Below the pieces are notes generated by a model. It did not search any database and was not told where the DNA came from. It saw nothing but the letters and a program-made list of their open reading frames with translations. A stretch of DNA of 64,000 nt from an uncultured Planctomycetia bacterium (GTDB lineage: Bacteria > Omnitrophota > Gorgyraeia > 2-02-FULL-51-18 > JAGOUK01). The stretch lies in assembly GCA_964430735.1 (NCBI GenBank), contig CAYSFB010000010.1:5239-69238 (forward strand), in the 5' to 3' direction. The position numbers were made by a program, and so were the translations under genes. Each line of letters begins with the position of its first letter. Position 1 is the first letter of the stretch. Shown piece after piece: positions 56,339 through 64,000 of this stretch.

Positions 56339-56863
56339 CTAGTCGCGGTTATCGAGGTAGATGAGCACGTCTTTGATCGAGACGATGCTCATCGGGGTCC
56401 CGTCGGGGTTCATCACGGGGATGTGCCGGAACCCGCCCATCGCCATTTTGCTGACGACGAACGCGATCGGATCTTCGGGACGGACCGTTTCGGGATTGGG
56501 AGTCATCACGGCCGCGGCCGTGACTTTGCTCAGGTCGGGATATTTGCCGGCGGCGCGCAGGAGCAGATCGCGCTGGCTGATGATGCCGACGAGCTTGCGC
56601 TTCTTGAAGACCAGGACGCAGTCCTTGTGCTCGTTTTCGAGGACTTTGACGATCTGCTGCACGGAGTCGTCGTCGGCGCACACCAGGAGGTCTTTGCCGG
56701 TCACGAGCTCCGAGATCGGTTCGGTGAGCATGACCTTCTGGATCTTTTCGCCGCGCTTGGGTCCGGGCAAATTCTGATGCATCAGCGAATGGAAACACTT
56801 GGGGCAGCGGTCCGCGCCGAGGATGTAAGCCGAGCCGCAGGAGGGACAGTGCAAGTCAGCCAT
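56339..56863 (-). CDS. Zinc-ribbon plus tandem CBS-domain protein
   Basis: The N-terminus has the zinc ribbon CPSCGS...CPKC. Two CBS motifs follow. Confidence 0.7.
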   Translation of the reverse strand: MADLHCPSCGSAYILGADRCPKCFHSLMHQNLPGPKRGEKIQKVMLTEPISELVTGKDLLVCADDDSVQQIVKVLENEHKDCVLVFKKRKLVGIISQRDLLLRAAGKYPDLSKVTAAAVMTPNPETVRPEDPIAFVVSKMAMGGFRHIPVMNPDGTPMSIVSIKDVLIYLDNRD

Positions 56864-57921
56864 TATTTGACCGTCCAGGTTTCGGAGCCGTACACGAGCC
56901 GCTTCAAGTCCCCGGGACCTTTATCCTTCAAGACCTGATTCATCTGCTGGTCGAGCAGGTCGTCGTAGGTCGGCCGCTCGATGGCGCGGAACACGCCGAA
57001 CGGCACGGGCTTCTCGGGGTACTGCATCTGCGTGAGGAGATACGCGGGCGTCGGGTCCGCCTCTTTTTCGTTGTGGATAAAAAGTTCCTGTCCCGCGGCC
57101 TTGGCCTCTTCGGTGTTCACGACCTCGGTCTTCAGGCGGTGGATGCGGATCGCTTTTTCCTTCTGCTTGCCGAACACGAGCGGTTTGCCGTCCTCGAGGT
57201 AGATCATCCGCTCGTCGCGGGTGTCCTTGCCGGTGGTCGGCGCATGCGCCTTGTCGTTGAAAATGATGCAGTTCTGGAAGATTTCGATGAACGAGATGCC
57301 CTTGTGCAGGAGCGCGCGCTCGAACGTCGTCTGCATGTGCTTGGGGTCGGTGTCGAGCGTGCGCGCGATAAAGGTCGCTTCCGACGCGATCGCCAGACAC
57401 AGCGCGTTGATCGGATGTTCGATCGAGCCGTAGGGGCTGGACTTGGTCACCTTGCCCACTTCGGACGTCGGCGAGTACTGGCCCTTGGTCAGGCCGTAAA
57501 TCTGGTTGTTCACGAGGCAGACGTTGATGTCGACGTTGCGGCGCAGGGCGTGGATGAGGTGGTTGCCGCCGATGGAAAGGCCGTCGCCGTCGCCGGTGAT
57601 GACCCACACTTTGAGCTTGGGGTTGGCGCATTTGACGCCGGTCGCGACGGTGAGCGCGCGGCCGTGGATGGTGTGGAAGCCGTAGGTGTTCATGTAATAA
57701 GGGAAGCGGCTCGAGCAGCCGATGCCGGACACGAACACGTATTCTTCGCGCGGCACGTTGAAGCGCGCAAGCGTGCGCTGCATCATCGCGAGGATCGAGT
57801 AGTCGCCGCAGCCCGGGCACCACCGGACGTCCGCGCCGGAAGCGAAGTCGTCCTTGGTGTACTTCGGCTGTTCGGGCGCCGTGATGATCTTGATGTCGTC
57901 GGGCAGTTTAATGTCGGGCAT
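56863..57921 (-). CDS. korB: 2-oxoacid:ferredoxin oxidoreductase beta subunit (TPP-binding; KorB-type)
   Basis: WCPGCGDYSIL, GIGCSS and GDGDGLSIGGNH form the TPP-binding pattern. Confidence 0.85.
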   Translation of the reverse strand: MPDIKLPDDIKIITAPEQPKYTKDDFASGADVRWCPGCGDYSILAMMQRTLARFNVPREEYVFVSGIGCSSRFPYYMNTYGFHTIHGRALTVATGVKCANPKLKVWVITGDGDGLSIGGNHLIHALRRNVDINVCLVNNQIYGLTKGQYSPTSEVGKVTKSSPYGSIEHPINALCLAIASEATFIARTLDTDPKHMQTTFERALLHKGISFIEIFQNCIIFNDKAHAPTTGKDTRDERMIYLEDGKPLVFGKQKEKAIRIHRLKTEVVNTEEAKAAGQELFIHNEKEADPTPAYLLTQMQYPEKPVPFGVFRAIERPTYDDLLDQQMNQVLKDKGPGDLKRLVYGSETWTVK

Positions 57922-57935
57922 AAATCCTCAGAATA

Positions 57936-59801
57936 TTATTTGGAAGCCGATTGAAGGACTTCTTTGATCTTCGCGACCATCTCGGTCACCTTGAACGGCT
58001 GACCCTGCACCTTATGGAAGCCGACGGTGTTCACGCCCGGGAAGGCCCGGCGGACCAGCGTCAGGAGCTGGCCCATGTTCAATTCCGGGATCAGCACCGT
58101 GTCAAAATTCTTGAGCACCGCTTCGGTGTTCTTCGGAAACGGATGGATGTAGTTCAGGCTCGCGTGCGAGACCTGGACACCCTCCCCTTCGAGCCGCGAG
58201 ACGGATTCGTACGCCGCGCCGTAGGTGCTGCCCCAGGTCAGGATGAGCAGTTTGCCCTTCTGCGGACCGCGGACTTCGAGTTCCGGAATGTAGTTGGCGA
58301 TGCGCTGGATCTTTTCGGCGCGCAGATTGATCATCTTCTGATTGTTCTCGCCGTCGTAGCTGACCGCGCCGGTGAGGTCAGCCTTGCCGAGGCCGCCGAT
58401 GCGGTGCTCGAGACCCGGAGTGCCGGGGACCGCCCACGGACGGGCGAGCGTCTGCGGGTCGCGCGAATACGGCATGAACTTCTGTCCGGTCGCGACCGGA
58501 TGCTTGATCTCAATCTTCGGGAGTTTGTCGAGATCGGGCAGCTTCCACGGCTCGGAGCCGTTGGCGACGTTGTTGTCCGACAGGATGACGACCGGCACCA
58601 TGTGCTGGAACGCGATCCGGACGGCTTCGTACGCCATCATGAAGCAATCCGACGGCGTCTTGGCCGCGAGCACGCAGACGGGCGATTCGCCGTTGCGGCC
58701 GTACATGACTTGAAGTAGATCCGACTGTTCGACCTTGGTCGGCATGCCGGTCGAAGGGCCGGAACGCTGCACGTCGATGAGGACGAGCGGGAGTTCGGCC
58801 ATGACGGCCAGGCCCAGCGCTTCGGACTTGAGACAGACGCCGGGACCGGACGTGCCGGTGATGCCGAGCTCGCCCGCGAACGACGCGCCGATCGCGAATC
58901 CGATCGCGGCGATTTCGTCTTCAGCCTGGAAGGTCTTGATACGATAGTTCTTGAGTTTAGAAAGCTGGTGCAGGATGTCCGAAGCCGGTGTGATCGGGTA
59001 TGAGCCGTACATCAGCGTTTTGCCGGTGCAATGAGCCGCGGCGACAAGCCCGAGCGCAAGCGCCTGGTTGCCGACGACTTTGCGGTACGTGCCGGGGCTG
59101 ATCGGCGCGGACGGGATTTCGATCTTCTGATAAAAAGTCTCGGTGATGTCGGCGTAGTTGAAGCCGGCCTTGAGCGCGAGCGTGTTGGCCTTGGCGATCT
59201 CGGGCTTCTTGCCGAACTTCTGCTCGATCCAGCGCAGCGTGAAATCCATCTTGCGGTCGTACATCCAGAACATCATGCCGAGCGCGAAGAAGTTCTTGCA
59301 GCGCTCCGTTTCCGTCGGGCGCAGGCCGAGTTCGGCCAGCGCGTTGCGCGTCAGGTCCGACAGCGGAACCTTGATGATCTGAAAATCTTTGAGCGTCTCG
59401 TCGGTCAGGGGGTTGGAGGCGAAACTCGCCTTCTTGAGGTTCTCCTCGGTGAACGTGTTCTCGTTCACGATGATGAGGCCGCCCTTTTTGACGTTGCCGA
59501 TATTGACCTTGAGACCGGCCGGGTTCATCGACACCAGCACGTCCGCCAAATCGCCGGCGGTAAAGATCGCGGAGTCCGAAAATTGGATCTGGAAGCTCGA
59601 CACGCCCGGCAGCGTTCCGATCGGGGCGCGGATTTCGGCCGGGAAGTCCGGCAGCGTCGCGATGTCGTTGCCCATCATCGCCGACGCGTCGGTGAACTGT
59701 TCTCCGGTGAGCTGCATGCCGTCTCCGGAATCGCCCGCGAAGCGGACGGTGACTGAGTGGCGGATTTCTTTAGGCTTGGCCTGGGTTGTATCGGCAGACA
59801 T
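57936..59801 (-). CDS. korA: 2-oxoacid:ferredoxin oxidoreductase alpha subunit (KorA-type)
   Basis: 621 aa. GYPITPASD, GTSGPG and the rest are typical of two-subunit OFOR alpha subunits. Confidence 0.85.
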   Translation of the reverse strand: MSADTTQAKPKEIRHSVTVRFAGDSGDGMQLTGEQFTDASAMMGNDIATLPDFPAEIRAPIGTLPGVSSFQIQFSDSAIFTAGDLADVLVSMNPAGLKVNIGNVKKGGLIIVNENTFTEENLKKASFASNPLTDETLKDFQIIKVPLSDLTRNALAELGLRPTETERCKNFFALGMMFWMYDRKMDFTLRWIEQKFGKKPEIAKANTLALKAGFNYADITETFYQKIEIPSAPISPGTYRKVVGNQALALGLVAAAHCTGKTLMYGSYPITPASDILHQLSKLKNYRIKTFQAEDEIAAIGFAIGASFAGELGITGTSGPGVCLKSEALGLAVMAELPLVLIDVQRSGPSTGMPTKVEQSDLLQVMYGRNGESPVCVLAAKTPSDCFMMAYEAVRIAFQHMVPVVILSDNNVANGSEPWKLPDLDKLPKIEIKHPVATGQKFMPYSRDPQTLARPWAVPGTPGLEHRIGGLGKADLTGAVSYDGENNQKMINLRAEKIQRIANYIPELEVRGPQKGKLLILTWGSTYGAAYESVSRLEGEGVQVSHASLNYIHPFPKNTEAVLKNFDTVLIPELNMGQLLTLVRRAFPGVNTVGFHKVQGQPFKVTEMVAKIKEVLQSASK

Positions 59802-59804
59802 GGA

Positions 59805-60284
59805 CTAACCGCCCTCCACGGAACGGGAAACTTGCTGGGGATCCGGCGGAAGGTTGTAGATTTCCGTCGGATAATACGCCGCCAAAAAACGGATGAGCGT
59901 CCGGACGGACAGCATGCCCATGTAACGCTTGTTCTCGTCGGTCAGCGGCAGATGATAAATTTTTTTCTTCGCCATGAGGTCGATCGCCTCGCCGACGGAA
60001 GCGTCGGGCGAAAGCGTGAGGACCACCGAGGTCATGAAGTCGCCCACCGGGCGGGTCAAATCGACGTTGTGGCCGAGAATTTTTTGAACCACGTCGGTCT
60101 CGGTGAAGATGCCGACGACGATGCCGTCCTGGGTCATGATGACATACCCGGACTTGTAGAACTGCATCTGATGGATCGCCTCTTTGAGCGAAATGGTCGG
60201 AGGCGCCTGGACCACCCGATCATTGATGATCTGGGAGATCTTCTTTTCTCTGAGGAGGTCTTCGATTTTTTTAGGTGTCGCCAT
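59805..60284 (-). CDS. Tandem CBS-domain protein
   Basis: 159 aa with two CBS repeats. Its stop lies 3 nt before the korA start. Confidence 0.7.
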   Translation of the reverse strand: MATPKKIEDLLREKKISQIINDRVVQAPPTISLKEAIHQMQFYKSGYVIMTQDGIVVGIFTETDVVQKILGHNVDLTRPVGDFMTSVVLTLSPDASVGEAIDLMAKKKIYHLPLTDENKRYMGMLSVRTLIRFLAAYYPTEIYNLPPDPQQVSRSVEGG

Positions 60285-60321
60285 AAAATCTCGTTAATCT
60301 TTTCCTAACATTAGAAAGCGG

Positions 60322-60350
60322 AATATATCATGCTTTACCAATAATATCAA
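60322..60350 (-). promoter_or_regulatory. Candidate sigma70-type promoter upstream of the CBS-korAB unit
   Basis: Minus strand reads TTGATA-N17-TATATT in the 76-nt AT-rich gap between hemW and the CBS gene. Confidence 0.35.
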
Positions 60351-60360
60351 GACCGGCGGA

Positions 60361-61488
60361 TCAAATGTCCCGAGAAAGTTGCGTCAAGACGCTTTCTGCA
60401 AGATAGCGTCCTTTGGGGGTCAGCCGAAGCACGGATTCATCATACTCGACCAGCCCCCGGGCTGCAAGCGCAGGGACCTCGGACTCAATATGCGCCCGAA
60501 CCAACGGGACCCGTGACAGATCGAACCCCGGCTTGAGCCGGATCCCTGTGAGCACCGTCTCCATTTCCCGCTCCTCGGGTGTCAACCGGTCCTCCTCGTC
60601 ATTTGTCCAATCCCCCCGCAGGGCTTTTTCCAAATAGCGGGACACCGTTTGGGCATAGACGTACCGAACCCCTTCCATATAGGAAAAAGCCCCCGGCCCC
60701 AATCCCAAATAGGGCTGGTTCCGCCAATAGATCAGATTATGCCTGGACTCAAAGCCCGGTTTGGCAAAGCTCGAAACTTCATAGTGTTCCAGCCCGGCCG
60801 CCGCCAAACCGCGTTCCACCGCCTCAAACATCCGCTCATGCACTTCCTCGGGCGGAAGCGTCAATTCCCCCCGCTTTTGCTTGATTCCAAAGTGGGTTTC
60901 TTGATGCACCATAAGATCATAAACAACAACTTGGTGGGCACCCCACTCCACTATGTCTGATATAGACCGTTCAACATCCCCCACTTTTTGATTTGGAAGA
61001 CGAATGATGAGATCCATGCTGATATTGGTGAATCCGGCTTCCCGGGCCGCTTGCGCCGTCCGCCGGGCATCCTCCGTGTTATGCGCCCGGTTCATTGCCT
61101 TGAGCAGCTCGTCATTGGTGCTTTGAACGCCCAGACTGATCCGGTTCACGCCGAGCCGCCGGTAAGCCGCCAGCTTTTCGGGATCGACTTCGCCGGGGTT
61201 CACTTCGACCGTGATCTCCGCGTCCGACTTCCAGGCGAAACTCCGTTTCAGCAGTGAAAAAACTTGTTCCATCTCCCCGGTCGACAACGCCGAGGGTGTG
61301 CCCCCGCCGAGATAAACCGTGTCAAAGACGATGGGTCCGTGCCGCCGTCGAGCCTCGGCGATCTCGGCCTCCAGCGCGCGCAGGTAATCGGCACGCAGCT
61401 TCGAGTCGCCCGACGGCGCGATCACAAAATTGCAGTAATGGCATTTGCGCAGGCAGAACGGGATGTGGACGTAGAGGCCGATCGGCAT
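60361..61488 (-). CDS. hemW: Radical SAM heme chaperone HemW (HemN-like, oxygen-independent coproporphyrinogen oxidase family)
   Basis: CHYCNF is a CxxxCxxC motif. GGGTPS is also present. The protein is 375 aa, the HemW-class size, and lacks the HemN C-terminal extension. Confidence 0.8.
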   Translation of the reverse strand: MPIGLYVHIPFCLRKCHYCNFVIAPSGDSKLRADYLRALEAEIAEARRRHGPIVFDTVYLGGGTPSALSTGEMEQVFSLLKRSFAWKSDAEITVEVNPGEVDPEKLAAYRRLGVNRISLGVQSTNDELLKAMNRAHNTEDARRTAQAAREAGFTNISMDLIIRLPNQKVGDVERSISDIVEWGAHQVVVYDLMVHQETHFGIKQKRGELTLPPEEVHERMFEAVERGLAAAGLEHYEVSSFAKPGFESRHNLIYWRNQPYLGLGPGAFSYMEGVRYVYAQTVSRYLEKALRGDWTNDEEDRLTPEEREMETVLTGIRLKPGFDLSRVPLVRAHIESEVPALAARGLVEYDESVLRLTPKGRYLAESVLTQLSRDI

Positions 61489-61998
61489 CTACAGGTACTC
61501 GACGTAGCAGAGGCTTTTTTTGTCGGTGACGCGGTCGAGGTAGACTTTGCCCTGGAGATGATCGTATTCGTGCTGCAGGATCCGCGCGTGGAAGCCCTTG
61601 GCCTCAATCGTGAGCGGCTCGCCGTGACGGTCAAAGCCCTCGACGCGGACGGCCTTTGCGCGGGGCGTATCCCCCCGCAGATCGGGGATGCTCAGACAGC
61701 CCTCCATCATCCGGACCGGGTCCGCCTCCGTCACCGTCAGCCGCGGATTCACCACGGTGTACACGGGGATGTTCGGCATGTCGGGATAACGGCGGTTCGA
61801 CTTGTACTCGACGCAAAAAACGGCGATCGGCAGGCCGATTTGAGGCGCGGCGATGCCCACGCCGTCGTATTTTCGCATCGTCGCGATCATGTCGTCGACG
61901 AGCTTCTGGAACTTCGAGTCCCGCACGCGGGCCAGGTCGACTTCGGCCGATTTTTGCCGCAGCGCCGGATGTCCGAGCCGCACCACCTGATAAACCAT
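61489..61998 (-). CDS. def: Peptide deformylase
   Basis: All three Def motifs are present: GIAAPQIG, EGCLSIP and HEYDHLQG. Confidence 0.9.
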   Translation of the reverse strand: MVYQVVRLGHPALRQKSAEVDLARVRDSKFQKLVDDMIATMRKYDGVGIAAPQIGLPIAVFCVEYKSNRRYPDMPNIPVYTVVNPRLTVTEADPVRMMEGCLSIPDLRGDTPRAKAVRVEGFDRHGEPLTIEAKGFHARILQHEYDHLQGKVYLDRVTDKKSLCYVEYL

Positions 61999-62101
61999 TC
62001 CGCCTCCAAAAATTGAACTGCTTTTTAATGCCGTTTTTTAAGCGATTTTAAGCCCTGATGACATGTTTTTTTCAGAGAGAAAACCGCGCCCAAACTATTG
62101 A

Positions 62102-62130
62102 TTGAACATGCTCTCTATTTATACTAAAAT
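62102..62130 (+). promoter_or_regulatory. Candidate sigma70-type promoter for the coiled-coil protein gene
   Basis: TTGAAC-N17-TAAAAT in the 205-nt divergent region between def and the coiled-coil gene. Confidence 0.3.
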
Positions 62131-62203
62131 TCTAAAGGTTTTTTGAAAAAATTTTCTTCCCGTTTTTGTCAACCCGCAAGACGAACCACCTAGAGGTGAC
62201 CGC

Positions 62204-64000
62204 ATGATCCGCTTCCAGAAGTTTTTGGCCATTTTTACCGCCGTTGTTCTCCTTTCGTCCGCGACCGGGCTTCCGGCCTGGTCCGCCCAGACGGCCGCCC
62301 AGCAGGCGACCTCCAACTACGAACGCGGGATTGCGCTCTACCTTCAGGAACGTTACTCCGAAGCGATCGAAGCTTTCAAGCTGCACCTCAAAGAAAATCC
62401 CGACCACGCGCCGTCCAAGGAGTGGATCGGACTCATCGAAGCGCTCGGTCCCGTGCAGCCCGCGTCGGCTCCGGCCGCCGCGGCCACCTCAGCTGCCGCT
62501 CCGACCCAAACGGCCTCGACCCCGTCCGCCTCCAAGCCGGCTCCCGTCAAAACGGCCGCTCCGGCCTCCGTCACGTCGCCTGAACTCAAGGCCTCCATCG
62601 CCAAATTCGAAGCCGAGCTCAACAAGTCCAAAGCCGAGACCGAGCGTTTGCAGTCGGTCTCCGCCCAAAAAGAGTCCGAGCTCGCTCAGCTCCGCAAGGA
62701 CCTCGCATCCGCGCGTGCCGCAGCCGACCAATCCCAGGCGACCGTCAAGCTCCAGGAAGAAATCGCGACGCTCAAGACGGCGCAAGCCGCCAACGACCGC
62801 AAAAACCAGGACCTGCTGAACGGCCTCCAGAAAAAACTCGACGCCAAAAACGCGGAGATCGAAGAAGTCCGCAAAGACCTCGCCGTCAGCCAGGACCAGA
62901 CCCGCCGCGCGCTGGAACAGTCCAAGCAGCTCATGGCGCTTCAAGCCCAGCAGCCCGCCGCCGCAGCGACCGCTGCGCCTGCCGCGAACTCGGCCGAACT
63001 CAAAACGCTTGAGAACCGGGTCCACAACCTGGAATCCGCCAACTCCCAGCTTTCGCGCCAGCTCTCGGACGCCCAGCAGGCGCTGGATGCGGCCAATAAA
63101 AAGCTGCAGGACAGTAAGCCCGCCGACAATTCCAAGGCGGTCGAAACGCTGCGCACTGAAAAATCCAAACTCGAAGCCAGCCTCGCCGACCTGTCACGCA
63201 ACATCTCCGACCGCGACCGTGCGATCGATGTGCTCAAGTCCGAACGCGACCGCGCCCAGAAAGACCTCGCCGCGCGCACAGCCGAAATCGAAGTTCTAAA
63301 AAAATCGACGCCCGTCGACGCAGAACGCGCGGAACTCGCCAAGAAAAAAGCCGAGTACGAAGCCAGCCGCGATCAGCTTCAGGTTTCCATCGCCGATCTT
63401 CAGCGCATCCGCGAAGAAGTCGAAGCCGGCAAAACGGCGCCTGCGGCGGCTCCCAAGGCCGACAACAGCAAGGAATTGGAATCGCTGCGCCAGGAGCGCG
63501 ACCGCCTGAGCAAGCAGGTCGCCACACTGACCGCCGGCGCCGGATCCGGCTCGGACGCGGCGAAGAAGCTTCAGGCTCAGCTGACCGAAATGGAAGCCCA
63601 GCACCGCAATCTCTCCACCGCATACGATACGATCCGCGCGAAGTCGGAAGCGCTCGAAGCGGAGCGGAACAAGCTCGCCGCCGAAGCTGCCTCCCTGCGC
63701 ACCGCCACGCAAAAACCTTCGGACTCCGAAGGCCGCATCAAGGCCCTGACCACCGAGCTCGAGAGCCTCAAGACCGCCAACGCGGGTCTCAACCAGCGCC
63801 TGGCCGAAACGGAACGTTCGCTCGGACAGATATCGAAGAAGTACGAACTCGCCGAAGAGCAGCGCACCGCGCTGGCGGCGGGACAGACCAAAGTCGAGGA
63901 TTCCCGCAAGGCCCTCGAGAACAGCCTGCAGTCGCTCACGCAGGCCAAGGACGGACTCGCGCAGCAGCTCGCCGCCGAAAAGCAGGCGACCGCCCGCGCC
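62204..64000 (+). CDS. Secreted or periplasmic long coiled-coil protein with TPR-like N-terminus and Ser/Thr/Pro/Ala-rich linkers; C-terminus beyond window
   Basis: The ATG at 62204 has an AGAGGTGA SD upstream. The signal peptide is MIRFQKFLAIFTAVVLLSSATGLPAWSA. A low-complexity linker (PVQPASAPAAAATSAAAPTQTASTPSASKPAPVKTAAPASVTSP) is followed by more than 450 aa of heptad-rich coiled coil. It is absent from the ORF track because it has no in-window stop. Confidence 0.7.
   Translation, partial: MIRFQKFLAIFTAVVLLSSATGLPAWSAQTAAQQATSNYERGIALYLQERYSEAIEAFKLHLKENPDHAPSKEWIGLIEALGPVQPASAPAAAATSAAAPTQTASTPSASKPAPVKTAAPASVTSPELKASIAKFEAELNKSKAETERLQSVSAQKESELAQLRKDLASARAAADQSQATVKLQEEIATLKTAQAANDRKNQDLLNGLQKKLDAKNAEIEEVRKDLAVSQDQTRRALEQSKQLMALQAQQPAAAATAAPAANSAELKTLENRVHNLESANSQLSRQLSDAQQALDAANKKLQDSKPADNSKAVETLRTEKSKLEASLADLSRNISDRDRAIDVLKSERDRAQKDLAARTAEIEVLKKSTPVDAERAELAKKKAEYEASRDQLQVSIADLQRIREEVEAGKTAPAAAPKADNSKELESLRQERDRLSKQVATLTAGAGSGSDAAKKLQAQLTEMEAQHRNLSTAYDTIRAKSEALEAERNKLAAEAASLRTATQKPSDSEGRIKALTTELESLKTANAGLNQRLAETERSLGQISKKYELAEEQRTALAAGQTKVEDSRKALENSLQSLTQAKDGLAQQLAAEKQATARA

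Noticed and set aside
1-64000. Search for CRISPR repeats, IS elements, integrases, tRNA or rRNA genes
   Set aside because: There are no periodic direct repeats and no transposase- or integrase-like ORFs. No cloverleaf-like conserved tRNA motifs were noticed. Intergenic space is too scarce to host such elements.

Overview
This is a GC-rich, very gene-dense 64 kb window. About 56 kb is one co-directional minus-strand supercluster, with two short plus-strand blocks at 24.8-29.1 kb and 42.4-44.9 kb. Almost every gene belongs to a single surface-glycan / glycoconjugate biosynthesis locus. Its most striking part is six DPM1-like GT2 genes (polyprenyl-phosphate sugar synthases), five of them directly followed by one to three large ArnT/PMT-like GT-C membrane transferases. 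I count about twelve GT-C-like paralogs in total. Around them sit nucleotide-sugar tailoring enzymes: two DegT-class aminotransferases, an RmlB-like 4,6-dehydratase, GDP-fucose synthase, an SDR epimerase, and WbpB-like and WbpD-like enzymes. The locus also contains two AsnB-family amidotransferases, several SAM methyltransferases (two of them fused to a kinase-like domain and to a GT2 domain), a radical SAM/SPASM protein, an MBOAT with a DltD/AlgJ-like partner, a sulfatase/LTA-synthase-family transferase and two SGNH hydrolases. At the distal (3') end of the supercluster lie a PilP/GspC-like protein, a secretin and a TPR/coiled-coil protein. I saw no Wzx/Wzy/Wzc/Wza genes, no ABC exporter and no initiating phosphoglycosyltransferase. 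Upstream in transcription order (coordinates 56.3-62 kb) are housekeeping genes: a two-subunit 2-oxoacid:ferredoxin oxidoreductase flanked by CBS-domain proteins, hemW and def. A divergent gene for a secreted coiled-coil protein with Ser/Thr/Pro/Ala-rich linkers runs off the right edge. No rRNA, tRNA, CRISPR array or mobile element was recognised. Many long opposite-strand ORFs in the six-frame track are GC-driven artefacts. Wherever I trimmed an over-extended ORF to re-derive a start, treat the coordinate as +/- a few nt, because the printed numbering and the ORF track disagree by 1 nt around 8.7-8.8 kb.
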